DNA of 64,000 bases, counting the filler, from Pelomyxa schiedti (lineage: Eukaryota > Protista > Evosea): the NCBI GenBank assembly GCA_020536535.1. It is 14 parts of 14 records of this genome, joined end to end, with 100 filler letters (N's around TTAATTAATTAA, not from the genome) between each part and the next. Parts side by side here need not be neighbours in the genome. Positions count along the whole stretch, not along the records: positions 62,202 to 64,000 come from JAHLWZ010002267.1; 13 more parts are not named here. One strand, written 5' to 3'. The notes under the pieces were generated by a model, which searched no databases, was not told the DNA's origin, and saw nothing but the letters and a program-made list of their open reading frames with translations. The translations under genes were made by a program, and so were the position numbers. This document shows, in pieces, positions 62,431 to 64,000 of this stretch. Numbering within the stretch: the stretch's first letter is position 1; every line of letters starts with the position of its first letter.

Positions 62431-64000
62431 CACAATGATGGTTCTGGTAATGAAACTGATGAATTCCCCAACCAATCTCCAGACCGCCGATCCTGAGCGA
62501 TGATAACGAAAAGTGACAGCGTTCCGGTCTGTTGATTGTTTTATTCAGCCAAATAAACAAACAAACTTTGTTTCCTCTTTATCTCGCTTCAGTACGAACA
62601 CGTACGTCACTCCCTGTCAGCACACTCACAGCCCTACCACTCAACCAAACACAACACCTGTTTCAAGCAAAAAATCTGAGCGGGGTTGGTGTGGTTGGTT
62701 GTTCCCATCCATTTGCCGGAACAGCTTCACCTGAGAAACAACGATATGATTAAGTTTAAGAAGTGAAAAGTGGTGGAATCTTTACATAGACTTTCTTTTT
62801 GCACATCTCTCTTGCTATGCTTCCTCTGATTTGACGATAAAACGCCCTCTCGTTCTCTTTCTCATAACAGGAAGCTGCAACTGCCTCAACGTGTGCTCAA
62901 AGTTATCAAATGATGTTGTTGGTTTTGGTCACGCGGTGTCTGATTCTGTACGCTGAGCCCATTTTGTGGGTGCTTCAGAAACGGGAGAATTCTGGTGGCG
63001 AAATAAGGCCATCAGAGTCTGAGGTGATAGACCTGAACACCAAGTGCAGCTTTGCAAGGTGAGAACTGCAGCCAGTTCCCGATGACGTAAGGTTTGATGA
63101 CGGATCAGCCGGGATGGAAGTGGATTCCACAATAGAAAATAGAAGCAGTTTGTGCTCATTGCTCCATGTTGCCTTTTGGGGAGGTTAATCTCGTTCAATC
63201 ATTGGTTGTTGGTACCTTTGAAACCGCTTCAAAGTTTTTATGCAACCAATCGTTGAACTCGTTGTAGTCTAGACAAAGAGAGAGTGTAAGGAGAACAACA
63301 CGTGACTCTTTCAATGGCTAACGGAATCATACCAAGTTTTTCCATCTTTATTTTTATCAACAACCAAGAACAGATCACATATCTTCATTTTTACGTTAGT
63401 CTGCCATGTAAATATTGAAAACCACAACCTGCTCGTTGCTCACTCAACTTGAGATCAAATGAACTGAGTGACTGTAGAAATTCAGCGTCTGATATTTGCC
63501 CATAATCCGCTCTATGCACCTCACGCTTCCAGCCACCCCAAGCCCACCGAAGTGCAAATATCGCGGCGTCATCAATTCCGCCCATGGGCGTATGAGTCTC
63601 ACGCGTGATGGATGAGCGCTCACGAGCCGGAACAGGGCGTCGGCCAGCCCCATAATCCAGTCGCTGTACGGCGACCTGTAGCCGCGTGTGGTTCCAACAC
63701 CGTCGGTACAACCCCGAAGTCCCACACCACGCGCGACTTCTGTAATCACCTCTGATCAATTGATCGCTGCCTCTTGACGAAACGGTCCACTTAGATTTAC
63801 TTTTCATCCAATTAGCAGATGTTTGTTTTCTTGGTGTTTTTTACAAGATGATACAGTGGTGCTTTTGTTTGGGTGTTGTTGTTGTTGAAGATGCTTCAGT
63901 TGCTGTTGTTGTTTTTGGCGGTGCAGTTTTTTCTGTTGATTCCTTGTTGCTGGTTGCTGTGCCTGAGCCTGATGTAGTACTGGTAGTACCACCACCACTG

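Noticed and set aside
62750-64000. Probable minus-strand spliced gene fragment
   Set aside because: Could not build a consistent model or assign a domain

Overview
Eukaryotic, intron-bearing DNA, not one continuous locus. Fourteen contigs/scaffolds are joined by 13 artificial 100-nt spacers (N44-TTAATTAATTAA-N44), and there are two plain 100-N scaffold gaps. Short GT-AG introns with CTAAC/TACTAAC branch points and the gene repertoire suggest an amoebozoan, most likely Pelomyxa-like; that assignment is inference. The window is dominated by about 15 copies or fragments of one uncharacterised family: an N-terminal R.Q..AL...H.RCG motif followed by a beta-rich, propeller-like C-terminus, with about half the copies disrupted. 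Also present are a Roco gene (LRR-Roc-COR-kinase), a prokaryote-type flavodoxin with an intron, a Sel1 array, a PX-domain gene, an MFS transporter, ankyrin, TLDc and MEP50-like genes, and two tRNAs. One contig carries a dynamin-like GTPase/kinase-remnant/ART-helix fusion and a second GTPase between two transposase remnants. The best non-coding candidate is a 155-bp structured element present twice with perfect identity in inverted orientation, each copy preceded by a DUSE/USE-like motif and ending in TTTTT. This suggests an unannotated Pol III RNA gene.
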